The position numbers were made by a program, and so were the translations under genes. DNA of 64,000 nucleotides from Picochlorum sp. SENEW3 (lineage: Eukaryota), in assembly GCA_034226945.1 (NCBI GenBank), contig CP120453.1, forward strand, positions 1,426,001 through 1,490,000, given 5' to 3'. The notes beneath the pieces were generated by a model that was not told the DNA's origin, ran no database searches, and saw nothing but the letters and a program-made list of their open reading frames with translations. Position 1 is the first letter of the stretch; every line of letters starts with the position of its first letter. Below are positions 43,873 to 54,531 of the stretch, piece after piece.

Positions 43873-44454
43873 ATGGCGCTTTTTCACCATGATGAAAAGC
43901 ATCCATCTGAAGGAAGGACTGCTGCGACGCCTCATGCTTACGTTGTCATGGGAATAGCATCTTGTGGCAAGAGCGTTATAGGCAGGATGCTGGCTGATGA
44001 TTCGGTATTAGGGTGCAGATTCTACGAGGGTGACGAGTACCATTCTGAAGAAAGTCTAGATAAAATGAAAAAAGGCACACCTCTAACGGACGATGACCGC
44101 CGCCCATGGCTTGAACGCCTATCCAAAGTCATCTTTGAGGAATACCAATGTGGGAGGTCGTGTGTTGTCGCATGCTCTGCGCTGAAACAGGCATACCGCC
44201 ATGTTCTCAAGCAACACGTACCAGAAGGATATGTGAGATTTATTTGGCTTGATGTAGATGCATCTCTTGCGCAAGATCGGTGCGACAAGCGACATGAGGA
44301 CCATTTCTTTCCTTCACACCTCATTGCATCCCAACTGTCAACCCTTGACATGACTGTAGACGAAGCATTCTGCCATGTCTCCATTTATAAACCAGATACC
44401 ACCATAGACGATATCATACAACATATTACATCTATTATTATTATGAAAGGATGA
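43873..44454 (+). CDS. Gluconokinase
   Basis: MGIASCGKS, EGDEYH, PLTDDDRRPWL, VACSALK, HFFP..LIASQLSTL. Confidence 0.93.
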   Translation: MALFHHDEKHPSEGRTAATPHAYVVMGIASCGKSVIGRMLADDSVLGCRFYEGDEYHSEESLDKMKKGTPLTDDDRRPWLERLSKVIFEEYQCGRSCVVACSALKQAYRHVLKQHVPEGYVRFIWLDVDASLAQDRCDKRHEDHFFPSHLIASQLSTLDMTVDEAFCHVSIYKPDTTIDDIIQHITSIIIMKG

Positions 44455-44494
44455 CATACGAATAGCCGTCTCCTACCATTGATGACCATCAGGC

Positions 44495-45382
44495 TCATGT
44501 ATCATCCTCATCATGGCCCAGCTCAACCCAAGTGTTTCTTGCTGCAAATTCTAACGCTGCTGAACAAAACCCAAACAATATCATCGACTGCCCCATCATA
44601 ATAGCTGCTTCTCCCATCACATCCACCCCGGGGAGTGACGAATACCCACCGCTCCCTGCCCCTACAACCTCTTGAGCCATGCTCAACCCCCTCACGAGAC
44701 CAAAAGCACCCACAACACCACCCTTCAACTGGGTATTTCCCACATCCGATCGCACAGCATATCTATACACAACTCCAAACAGAAACGATGACACCGCCAC
44801 GACACCCAAATTCGCCAATATCCCAACCCGTGATGCATCTGCCGATGCAAACACAAATGGCAATGTTGACAAACACCCCCCTACCCCTGAAAACACCCCA
44901 GCTTTGATCGACTCAATTCTATTTATTTCATCCTCTCCCTCCATCCTCTCAGCCTTGGCAGACGCTGCCTGCAACTCTGCTGCTTTCAGCAACAGCTCTG
45001 CAGCCTGTGCCTCTGCCTCAGCAATCAAACCAGCTGCCTCCGCCTCCGCCAATACCACCCCCTGCCCCTGATCCTCCCCCTCCAAAGCTTTCATCTCATC
45101 TATCAGTCTCTGCTGCTCCATCTGCAATTCAGCTACCTTGTTTGCAGCATCAGTAATGCGTTTCATGCTCTCTGGATTCGATTCCAGCATTTCCGAGACA
45201 GCCTTTTGGATAGCATCATCCGTCTCCCCATCTTCGCTATTAATACTGTATTCCTTGATTTTCCTTGCATGCATTGATCTCATAAATGACGCAGGAGGAG
45301 CATGAGTACTACTACCCAAGACCAGCAAGGCAGCATTCTCACTCCTGCCAAGGCAAAGGGATTGCCTTGCTGCTACTCTCAT
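44495..45382 (-). CDS. Conserved plastid membrane protein of unknown function (coiled coil plus TM helices)
   Basis: LFGVVYRYAVRSD..NTQLKGGVVGAFGLVRGL motif resembles a cyanobacterial/plant family; transit-like N-terminus. Confidence 0.75.
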   Translation of the reverse strand: MRVAARQSLCLGRSENAALLVLGSSTHAPPASFMRSMHARKIKEYSINSEDGETDDAIQKAVSEMLESNPESMKRITDAANKVAELQMEQQRLIDEMKALEGEDQGQGVVLAEAEAAGLIAEAEAQAAELLLKAAELQAASAKAERMEGEDEINRIESIKAGVFSGVGGCLSTLPFVFASADASRVGILANLGVVAVSSFLFGVVYRYAVRSDVGNTQLKGGVVGAFGLVRGLSMAQEVVGAGSGGYSSLPGVDVMGEAAIMMGQSMILFGFCSAALEFAARNTWVELGHDEDDT

Positions 45383-45781
45383 GGTTAATGCATCAGATGG
45401 CAATACTGTTTTATTTTATTCTTTTCAGAAGCGGATGATGCGCATGACATTGCATGCTTGATAGGCACCTAGCCATCATCATGATGGCCTTGCAGAGATC
45501 TTTATAAAGATCTCTAATTAGAGAGATCTCAGATCCGGAGAAAGAGATTCTCTCATCCTTGTTGAATGTAGATGTGGGATGCGATTCCACTAGCCACATA
45601 TTAATTGTTTATGCATATTGATATTGATACATATTTTGTGTATTGAGTGGAAGAACAAGGAATTCGAGATTCTGTGGATTGACAGATTTCAACCGTTTGA
45701 ATCACAATTCTCATACACGACGGCGAACAAGTATTCTGATCGATTATATTTCTTTTTTAGGAATTACTGATACTATTGCCA

Positions 45782-47302
45782 ATGTCTGGAGATGGTGTTG
45801 AGGCACGTTCAGTGCCGGTGTCCATGTTGAGTGGGTTTCTTGGAGCAGGCAAGACGACGTTGCTTCGTCACTTGCTTCAACAGTCTGATTTGAAGATTGG
45901 GTGTATTGTAAATGATGTGGCAAGTGTTAATATCGATGCGAAGCTGATTCGTGGGACGGACAAGTCCTCAGGTGGAGGGGATGAGAGTGGGAAAAAGAAG
46001 AAGAACTCGACAGCAGATTTGACAGACACGATAGAGTTGGCGAATGGGTGCGCTTGCTGCAGCATTGCGGATGAGCTTTTCGATTCTTTCGAGAATCTTT
46101 TGAATATTGCGAAGAAGCGTGGGATTATGTATGATCGGATTGTGCTTGAGAATAGTGGTGTGGCTGAACCACAGAATATCAGGGACCAGTTTAATGATGC
46201 CAGGGCTGTGGGGCATCCACTGGTGGAGAAGGTGCACCTGGATACGTTGGTGACTGTGGTGGATTCTGCGACGTTTATCAAGGATTATTCTTCAAAGGCG
46301 CCCGTGGCGGCTCGACCAGAGCTTGGGGAGGGTGGTGGTATGAGGCCAGTGGTGGACTTGTTGGTGGAGCAGATTGAATGTGCTGATTTCATTCTGTTGA
46401 ACAAGTGTGATTTGCTGGATGAGAAGACTGTGGATAGTCTGGAGGCTATTATGACGTCTTTGAATCCGCTTGCCAGAGTGATTCCGTGTGAGCATGGTAA
46501 TGTTGAGATTGATGAAATGTTTGGGCGGGAGGCAGCTGCCTTGGTGTCGGCGTTGAATACTGAAGCGCACCACCGAGGTTCTGTTGCAGCGGTTAAAGCT
46601 GCTCACGATGAAAAGAAAAATACACACCATGATCATCATCATCATCATGAGCATCACGAGCATCATCAGGAGCATCACCATGAGCACGATCACAAGCATC
46701 ATCATGAGCATGGTCACGAGCATCATCATGGTCACCATCATGATCACCATCATCATGATCACGAGCATCATCATGATGATGATTGCTCCGAGTGTGCATC
46801 AAAGCGACAAAAGACGACTGCGGAGTCCAGATTTGGAATTGTGAGCTTTGTCTATGAGAGGCGCAAGCCATTCCATCCGCAGCGTTTGAAGGATTTGGTG
46901 CTTCGTTGGATGCCAGTCACACATAACAAAGAGGTGGAGAAGCATGACATGCCTGATGATCTGTCGGAGAGTCCGATCAAGACAGTGTTGAGATCAAAAG
47001 GATTTATGTGGATATCGAATTCTCACTCGACAGCGTTTTACTGGAGCCATGCTGGACAGCACTTTGAAATTCGAGATGAAGGAGAATGGTGGGCAGCTGT
47101 TCCAGAGAATGAGTGGCCAGAGGATGAGGCTCCGAAACAGAGCATCCTGGCTGACTTTGATGGAGTATATGGGGACAGACGACAGGAGATTGTCTTCATC
47201 GGAGCTGGCATGGATGAGGAAGCAATTTGCAAACAGCTTGATTCTGCATTGCTGACTGATGAAGAAATGGGTCAGTACGATACACAGTATAACGTCAAAT
47301 AG
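45782..47302 (+). CDS. COG0523/CobW-family metal-chaperone GTPase with His-rich insert
   Basis: GFLGAGKTT, GCACC, ENSGVAEP, NKCD, RKPFHPQRL, RSKG, GDRRQEIVFIG. Confidence 0.95.
   Translation: MSGDGVEARSVPVSMLSGFLGAGKTTLLRHLLQQSDLKIGCIVNDVASVNIDAKLIRGTDKSSGGGDESGKKKKNSTADLTDTIELANGCACCSIADELFDSFENLLNIAKKRGIMYDRIVLENSGVAEPQNIRDQFNDARAVGHPLVEKVHLDTLVTVVDSATFIKDYSSKAPVAARPELGEGGGMRPVVDLLVEQIECADFILLNKCDLLDEKTVDSLEAIMTSLNPLARVIPCEHGNVEIDEMFGREAAALVSALNTEAHHRGSVAAVKAAHDEKKNTHHDHHHHHEHHEHHQEHHHEHDHKHHHEHGHEHHHGHHHDHHHHDHEHHHDDDCSECASKRQKTTAESRFGIVSFVYERRKPFHPQRLKDLVLRWMPVTHNKEVEKHDMPDDLSESPIKTVLRSKGFMWISNSHSTAFYWSHAGQHFEIRDEGEWWAAVPENEWPEDEAPKQSILADFDGVYGDRRQEIVFIGAGMDEEAICKQLDSALLTDEEMGQYDTQYNVK
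46621..46782 (+). repeat. CAT/CAC-rich coding repeat (poly-His with Glu/Asp)
   Basis: Degenerate GAGCAT/CATCAT units encoding HHDHHHHHEHHEHH... Confidence 0.9.
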
Positions 47303-47329
47303 TCAATATAATCCTGTAATGCATTAATT

Positions 47330-50080
47330 CTACAAGTGATATGTCCTCTGCCATGTCGTCACAGTGGCTGGTGAGATCCAGCTCTTGATGCCATGCAGAA
47401 TGTCCTCTGCATATGGAGCCAGCTTGAAGTGCTTGACGTACATGGTGATTGTAACGTCAGAATTTTCCTTCGGAACATCAATCCAAAATCTCCATACCGT
47501 AGTATAGGGTCCAGATGCATATCTAACAATATGCTGTGCGTTTGTGCTGTCAACAGAGGCGACATGTTCACCGAGGGACCATTGAACAATGTCTCCTGTA
47601 ATATTCAATACTGCCCAACCTGGGAAAACAGTGTCTAATTCAAAATGCTTTCTCTTTAGCGATTGAACTTTTGGAGATAATGATGTCTGGCTCCATGCAA
47701 GTCGCATTGCCTCATACCCATCATTCAGATAATGCTTTATAGAGTCAACGGCAACTGAGAAGAATGACGACTTTTTCAAACTAGGTAATCGTGGCCAGAT
47801 CTCTTCAATCTCATCATATTCTTTGATATTGTCTTCCTTTGAGATGCCAGTGACAAGAAAGTTCAAAGGATACAGGGACACCCAGTCATGTGAATCAAAC
47901 AGAATGTTTGGTAGGGATTTCAACTTCCATGGCAGCATGACATCTTCATCAATTTCAATCGCATCTAGAGAGCATGCTGAAAACATGGAAGACTCTATAC
48001 TATCATCGTTTTCTGCGATTTTGTGAATATGCTGGAAAATCATCCTCTTTGGAGCTACATGCGTATATGGAATGCCTTTCTTCACACGCGGGTTCTTCTC
48101 AAAGGACATGTAGGAGGATAGGATGGCGCTTGCGACTGATATTGCAGCAAGTATCATACATAGACGCTTTTTGTACGCTCCTAATGCATATGCCACATGA
48201 GGTGTAAGAGAACCGAATACAAGAACGACACACAGCCCAGACAGGGCCCCAACAACCGAGTCTGTCAGAAATATTCCTACAATGCCACCCATACTTCCTG
48301 TGATGCCAATCTTTTCAATCACATGTACCAAGGTTGTAATTGCAATGCTACACCCGAAATACGAAGGCAATAGATATCCAAGCATCAATCCAAGATGTGA
48401 CAGCTTTGACTGGAGCACAGTTGCAATGATTGTCCCAGCACCCCAGCTTGCTGTTACAAAGCTGGATGTCATTCCCAGCATCATCGTCAACGACCCCAAC
48501 ATTGCAAACAATACTCCAAATCCCAAAGAATCCTTTGTTCTCTGTTCTCTCAGCCCATCACAAGGGAGCAAGATACCAGCAGACGCAAGTGGCAAAAATA
48601 CCAATGCAGACTCTAGAAAATTGCCATACCATGAAATGGGATGTCCAGACAACAGTGCCCGCACCCCACCGAGAATACAAGGCAACAATATACAAAGTCC
48701 TACAGAAGACAAGGCGGTACGAATATGCCCCATCATGACTGATGGCTCTGAGATTACTGTTGTCAACGAAAGCAAGAGCAGCACCATCAGGGGCAGACTG
48801 TGCGACACAGAGGCAACCTGAGCAGAATACACAACCATCAACATTCCACCAATATCAAAAAATACTTGTCCCTGTACCCCTTTTCTACCTGACGCTCGAC
48901 TGTACACCTCATCCTCATATCCAGGAACCCCCAGCACCTTGCTGTACTCTGATACCAAGGACAGGACATTCTCCCCCATACTTTGCAACGTTCCAGATCG
49001 AATCCGCTCGACTGTATCTTCTCGCGTATGATATGCAAGACCATCAAACAAAAATACCAAGTCGACCCCAGGCACACGAGCCTCTTCAGAAATACCTCTG
49101 AGCATGCGATAATCGGTGTCTGCAGGAATCAAACCCATCTCAAAAAAGTCTTGTGCTACGCTATTACCTCGAGGATATGGTGCCACTTTTGCAAATGCGC
49201 TCAGTGTCCAGTCATCCGTATGCTGGAAAATAACATCAGGGCCCCATGGACCAGTGGATTCGATGTTAATAAATGCCCCAACCTCGCTGGCAAATGCTGA
49301 TGTTGCCATAAACCCATGTGCAGCTTGCATCAGAGTCTCTTCACCACCATTGAATAAGAATACGAGGGGACTATACAAAGGTATCGAAGAATTCATAAGA
49401 ATAGTACGAGCAACCTCAAAGCCAACTCCCACACACGATGCACAGTCTGAGGCGCCAGGACTGCCAAGCGTCGAGTCGTAGTGAGCATTGACCAACACAG
49501 ACTTGACACGCGACACCCCATCCTTTGGCGTCACAACCATGACAATATTGGTCAAATTATTGTATACATTTGCAATCTGAAACCCAAAAGCCTCTTGAAG
49601 CCCATTCGACCCGATCACTTGCTCCCTGACGACCTGAACTGTGACATCACTCCGAACACTGTCACTCTCAGCAAGTCCCCTCAAGGCTGCCTCCAAGTAT
49701 TGCGCAGACCGCTCTTCATTCATGGTACTCACATACCGATGCCCAATACTAGCAGCCAGCTCACGTGTCACATTCATTGCCGAAGGCTCCATAAACCACC
49801 CTGTGCGAGAGTCGTTTGGCTCTGGCAAACGCACAAAGGACTGGTAACACAGAAACAGCGACGTTCCGTACAGTATAAGCAAACACAAGGCAACAAATGG
49901 CCTCCATCGATCACTTGTGTAAATTTTAACCCTCCGATCCGATGAATCATCGTATTTCAAACGAGTCCTCACTTGCAGAAGTTCTCGTTGTTTTTCCGCA
50001 GACGAGAGCAAAGCAAATGAACTGACGGTAGAGGCCGATCCCACTTCATCAGTTTTTAATCTACTACTACTACTACTCAT
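47330..50080 (-). CDS. ER membrane metallopeptidase, M28 family (ERMP1-like)
   Basis: NAHYDS, GASD, NGGEE, NIES, DTDYR, YHTRED; multiple TM helices. Confidence 0.92.
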   Translation of the reverse strand: MSSSSSRLKTDEVGSASTVSSFALLSSAEKQRELLQVRTRLKYDDSSDRRVKIYTSDRWRPFVALCLLILYGTSLFLCYQSFVRLPEPNDSRTGWFMEPSAMNVTRELAASIGHRYVSTMNEERSAQYLEAALRGLAESDSVRSDVTVQVVREQVIGSNGLQEAFGFQIANVYNNLTNIVMVVTPKDGVSRVKSVLVNAHYDSTLGSPGASDCASCVGVGFEVARTILMNSSIPLYSPLVFLFNGGEETLMQAAHGFMATSAFASEVGAFINIESTGPWGPDVIFQHTDDWTLSAFAKVAPYPRGNSVAQDFFEMGLIPADTDYRMLRGISEEARVPGVDLVFLFDGLAYHTREDTVERIRSGTLQSMGENVLSLVSEYSKVLGVPGYEDEVYSRASGRKGVQGQVFFDIGGMLMVVYSAQVASVSHSLPLMVLLLLSLTTVISEPSVMMGHIRTALSSVGLCILLPCILGGVRALLSGHPISWYGNFLESALVFLPLASAGILLPCDGLREQRTKDSLGFGVLFAMLGSLTMMLGMTSSFVTASWGAGTIIATVLQSKLSHLGLMLGYLLPSYFGCSIAITTLVHVIEKIGITGSMGGIVGIFLTDSVVGALSGLCVVLVFGSLTPHVAYALGAYKKRLCMILAAISVASAILSSYMSFEKNPRVKKGIPYTHVAPKRMIFQHIHKIAENDDSIESSMFSACSLDAIEIDEDVMLPWKLKSLPNILFDSHDWVSLYPLNFLVTGISKEDNIKEYDEIEEIWPRLPSLKKSSFFSVAVDSIKHYLNDGYEAMRLAWSQTSLSPKVQSLKRKHFELDTVFPGWAVLNITGDIVQWSLGEHVASVDSTNAQHIVRYASGPYTTVWRFWIDVPKENSDVTITMYVKHFKLAPYAEDILHGIKSWISPATVTTWQRTYHL

Positions 50081-50930
50081 TTTATATTGTATTTCATAGG
50101 GTATGCGAGAGCCAGACCCTACGAGTATCAATAATGTGCTGATGACGGTTCAATCAGTATTCGAAATTACATGTACTGGATGGGCATTCATCCGTGCATT
50201 CTGGAGGGGCCATATATATAGGCGTTGTCACATACTTGTTTGAGTCTATAGGCAATGAAGATGCCAGTATAGATTGATACGTTGCGGTCAACACAATGCA
50301 CTGTATAGGGACAAAAGGTGATGATTGCTCCCATTGCAATTGCAACGACAGAGATCCTAATTGAAAATTTCCTAAAATTACAGATACCTATGGTATGACA
50401 TGTGACCATACTCTTTCAATCTGTACCCTCAGATCTATTTTTGATAGAAAGAACGATTCTATTCAAAGCGTGACCAATCATTTCTGCCATTGCATTGTAC
50501 CCTTCTAGAGCATCGAGAGCGCCCATTGACCAGATTTTGGAGCTTCTTCATTGTCACTGCAACATTTCGCCGCAGCAGCTCAAAACGAAGCCGCGATAGA
50601 CTCCATTGAACCGATTCAATGTCGCTGCTGCTGTACAGATCAAATGAATATGTTGCCAGATCTTCCTCACGTTCTGCAGCGGCATGAGGACCATGAGGTT
50701 GGACCTCATCATGACTGACCTCTTCTTCGTTTGCTGGATCTTTTCTAACTCTCTTGCTTCTTCAGCACACCAAGGGGCGGTCGGATCCGCTGTTCCAGGG
50801 CCTTGGCGTGCAGAAAACACGGCTCAAAAAAAAAAAAAAAGGCGCGCTTACTATATTTGATAAATATATCTGTCCAGAAAATGCGATTGGTCGAATAAAT
50901 TTGGATGTCTCCCGGATATCCCGAGTTCAA

Positions 50931-51006
50931 GCTCCCATAGCTCAGTTTCGGTTAGAGCGCTCGACTGTTAATCGAGAGGTCATCGGTTCAAGCCCGATTG
51001 GGAGCG
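50931..51006 (+). tRNA. trnN-GTT: tRNA-Asn (GTT), intronless
   Basis: Acceptor GCTCCCA/TGGGAGC, D arm GCTC..GAGC, anticodon arm CTCGA-CTGTTAA-TCGAG, T loop GTTCAAG, downstream TTTT. Confidence 0.96.
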
Positions 51007-51309
51007 ACAATCACTTTTGCATCTCTTCACCGTGATGGGATCCCATGCCTGGGCATAGGGTTGCTACGAACTGACGATATGTTTCAAAAAACTTGATTGA
51101 TTACTGGTGATCCTCTTTTCTTCGTCGGGAAGGACAGAATTGCCCACACTAACATAACATGTCTGGGCATGACAGTATGATACTAATCTGAACTTCAAAC
51201 GATGCCTGTCACGTCTTTGTTAATCACTACATCCTCGAAACACTCTTCACTCTAGCAATATCTGTACTTGTATCCATATCATCATGATAAAATCCCCATC
51301 AGCTCTGGC

Positions 51310-51909
51310 TAGGGTTGGGTAATATGCTGGAAGGTGAAAACGGCACAGCGGCATGATATGCCGTTTTCAACATATTGATCGGTCAAAGGACCCCTTTAAT
51401 GGGCAGAACTGTTATGAAATCGATATGCTGGAGCATATTTGCGGCATATTTGCCTTGATTCTGCGACAGAGGGCCTCCATTTGTTTTGAAAACTATTCTA
51501 GATGCAATTAGTAATCATATATATCATTCAGACAAGGATCCAGACACAATTCCCGCAAGAAAAGTGTTTCTAACGACCAACCAAAGGTGGATGGCTGTAG
51601 GCAGTTATGCCAAGCTGATCAATAAAATTCTTCACCTTCGACTGTCCTGGTGCATGCTCTTGGATTCAATCAAGATCATTGCAATGTCACGCTTTCACAC
51701 AGCGAATAAGATGATTCGATGAAGTGCAGCTCAAATTCTGTTGGGCAGCATAGAGATGGCCTTCTTTCACCCTCCTACTAAGCCCATCTTTCGACCGGAG
51801 GATCTTCTGAGATAGCATATCGGGCCAAAAAAAACGGCATAGCATAGCATAGACTACGGCATAGCGAGCCGCTATGCCGGGAGCTCGCTATGCCGATGAC
51901 CCAAGCCTA
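51310..51909. mobile_element. Non-autonomous hAT-superfamily DNA transposon, 600 bp
   Basis: TIRs TAGGGTTGGGTAAT and ATGACCCAAGCCTA (12/14 match); 8-bp TSD GCTCTGGC at 51302-51309 and 51910-51917; subterminal CGGCA repeats; no transposase. Confidence 0.9.
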
Positions 51910-52212
51910 GCTCTGGCCAATGCATGGCTAATATTGGCCATTAATGGCAGTTGAGACTCGGTTGCCGTGAACAACCACATGCATTTTAAATTTAAATTCA
52001 AACTCTTCAGATTCGCTGGTGCGCTATTTTCATATTCTATTTTACTATACTGTTATATTCAAATGCATTGTTGTGTGGTTCAGGCTTGCATCCAGATTTT
52101 CGAGTCGGACATCGCCTAGATCTGTCACGGTTGTGTCGCACGCCCTCTCTTCTCGCTGTACTATTCATCTATAGGTACTCTTAAAACTTTGTTATTTCAT
52201 TATTTCATACGT

Positions 52213-53776
52213 ATGGCACTTGCAGAGCAGGCAGGGAGAGGCGTCGCGAAAAGGCGGAAAAAAAAAAGGAGAGGGAGGCCACGAAAGAATCAATTGCAAG
52301 TTGGTGCAACAACAACCCCATCGGCCCTGAGCACTCCATCGTCTCTTCGTAATATTTCCAATGAAATAGATACTCCTGAACAAAGTGATCCAGAGGCGGG
52401 ACGGCAGACAGCTGCAACTGCCAAACGATCGAGGTTGGCAAACACTGCCAAAGGGAATAATAGTGCCACTTCTCCTCAACTTCCTTCTGGGGGGAACTTT
52501 CCCATCGGAGATGAAGTTGGTTTGTCAATTACACCCGTGGTCCCGCCACCAGATGTCACTTTCGAACAGGGTAATCCGCTTCAACATCATGGTAATGGGC
52601 TTGCTACAGGAATGGGCCAATTGGCCTTTCAAGGCTTCCATAATCGACTCGAAAATCTGGCTGTGCAGATGCACGAGCTGAAGACTCTTGTGCAAGGTTT
52701 GATCTGGTCATCATCAGAGGCAGCGAAAAAGATTGATAGAATAGTCGAGCTGCAAGAGACGAGAAACATAGAGGTAGTGTGATTTCACCAGAGTTTTTGT
52801 TGCATGTCTCATTCTCAGTTTGATCAATCAATCACATGTCCCTATGTAGGCCAATCGTGACGAGCCAACGTCTCGACGTCAAACCAGAGCAAATATGAAT
52901 GATTTGATGACAGAAATGGGCTGTCGCGATCCATCAAGAGTGGCAGGTGTTCTTGTCAAAATGGAGGTGTGTCATGTGTTGTCTCAATGTGTCAGCAGAT
53001 TCACCATACATACGTGCTTCTATGTTGCAGAAGGTAAAGGCCATTCATCTTCTCGTTCTTTCTGCGTCGCGTTCTCCTTCTGGCTACCTCGTCTCTGCCA
53101 ACAACCTGGAGTTTTATGCGCCAATAGCTCGGGCACTTCTGGATCCCAGCATGAGATTGTTAGCTACGTTTGGAGACGAGGCCGAAAATGAACGATTTAA
53201 AGAGAGTATAATCCAGCATCTTGCTGGAAATCATTTACCTTCCTTGTTTGCAAAGGAAGTTAGGAAGAAAGTGATTGATAAATTCAGTCAGAGTGTTCCC
53301 TGTGATGAGAATGGACATCATCCTCGCTACAACAAGAACGAATTTCCAAATGTGTCTCTGGAGACGCCTCTTTTCGGTGCAGAATATAGACTAGCAAATG
53401 GTGACCCGTATGGGCAGAAGTCTTACAGGGACTTGCTCGAGTCAATCTCGATCTCCTTCTTTGCCACTGGAGGACTGAAGAGCATACACGCAAGCAAAGA
53501 TCCATTGGAGAGCATGACTGAAAATATGTTGGCTTTCGTGGAATTTCTGGTACGTATAAATTGTCCATTGAACATGTTTTATCAGTCGATTGCACTTTTG
53601 GACGGTCCATATGGCTGCAGGTGCTTCAAACGGTTGTGGGACAGAGGCTGAATCTGGGGAGGAAGATGACATCCAAAGAGAATGCGGAGTTGTATGCCAA
53701 ATTAAGAGCTGATACCCTGTCAAGAATCTCTCAGTATGTCACTGTCCTCAGTATAGAAGACTTGGAAAACATCTAG
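52213..53776 (+). CDS. Hypothetical nuclear protein with NLS/AT-hook, about 450 aa; exons 52213-52773, 52850-52966, 53031-53549, 53621-53776
   Basis: KRRKKKRRGRPRK; three phase-0 GT-AG introns link four open frames. Confidence 0.7.
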
Positions 53777-54531
53777 AGTAATATATCACAGTCTTGCCTT
53801 GTGAGGGCACTGAAACGTGCAGGGAGCAGCACTGAAAAGGTACCAGACTGGGAGGAACTCCAAGGAAGGCAGAAGGAATGCAAGAGTATGATGTTTGATC
53901 CATGATATTATCTATCAGTATTATTAGTACCATTCAATAAGGCACCAATGTGCCTATGCCTGGATAGAAGGCATTGTATCCATTTGTAAAAAAAAGGTAT
54001 TACCTTTTTGTGTTAAACACAAAGTGAGAACAACAAGAGGAACAACCTAGAGTTGTGGAGCAGACGTGCTCCTTGTATACTGGACCCTCACAGAAAATGT
54101 GGGTCAAAATCCCCTTGGATTTTGATCGCCGATGTCTCGCATTCGCCAGTAGACAGACCTGGCGTCTCCCCCATCCCTTCAGAGGGATGGAGAGAGAGAA
54201 GCTTAAAAAAGAATAAAAGAGCGAGACATCCCGCCCCTTCATGTGCGGTCCGTGACCGGACCCCCAGCCATCATGTGATCACACGTGCAAGTGTATCGGC
54301 GTCGACACACTTGTGTGAATGGTCAGACGACATGAGGGCTCATCTTCCCATCCACACAGACAATGCTCCAATCCATAATTATATAGTGTCGTTTTGTTTT
54401 AGAAAGGGAAATAGTGGTACTAGATGTTTGCATTGTTGATGAGAGTGATACCAACACCCGTGTAATTAGCTCGGAGAATTATTTCATTGAATCACGCTGC
54501 TGGTTTGGGCGAGACGTTTCCAAGACTGGCG

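Noticed and set aside
46292..46871. Met-rich alternative ORFs and CRISPR-like periodicity
   Set aside because: By-products of the CAT-rich His tract in the CobW gene; no repeat-spacer structure
51486..51722. ORF inside the hAT element as a transposase remnant
   Set aside because: Short, non-ATG start, no BED, DDE or dimerisation motifs
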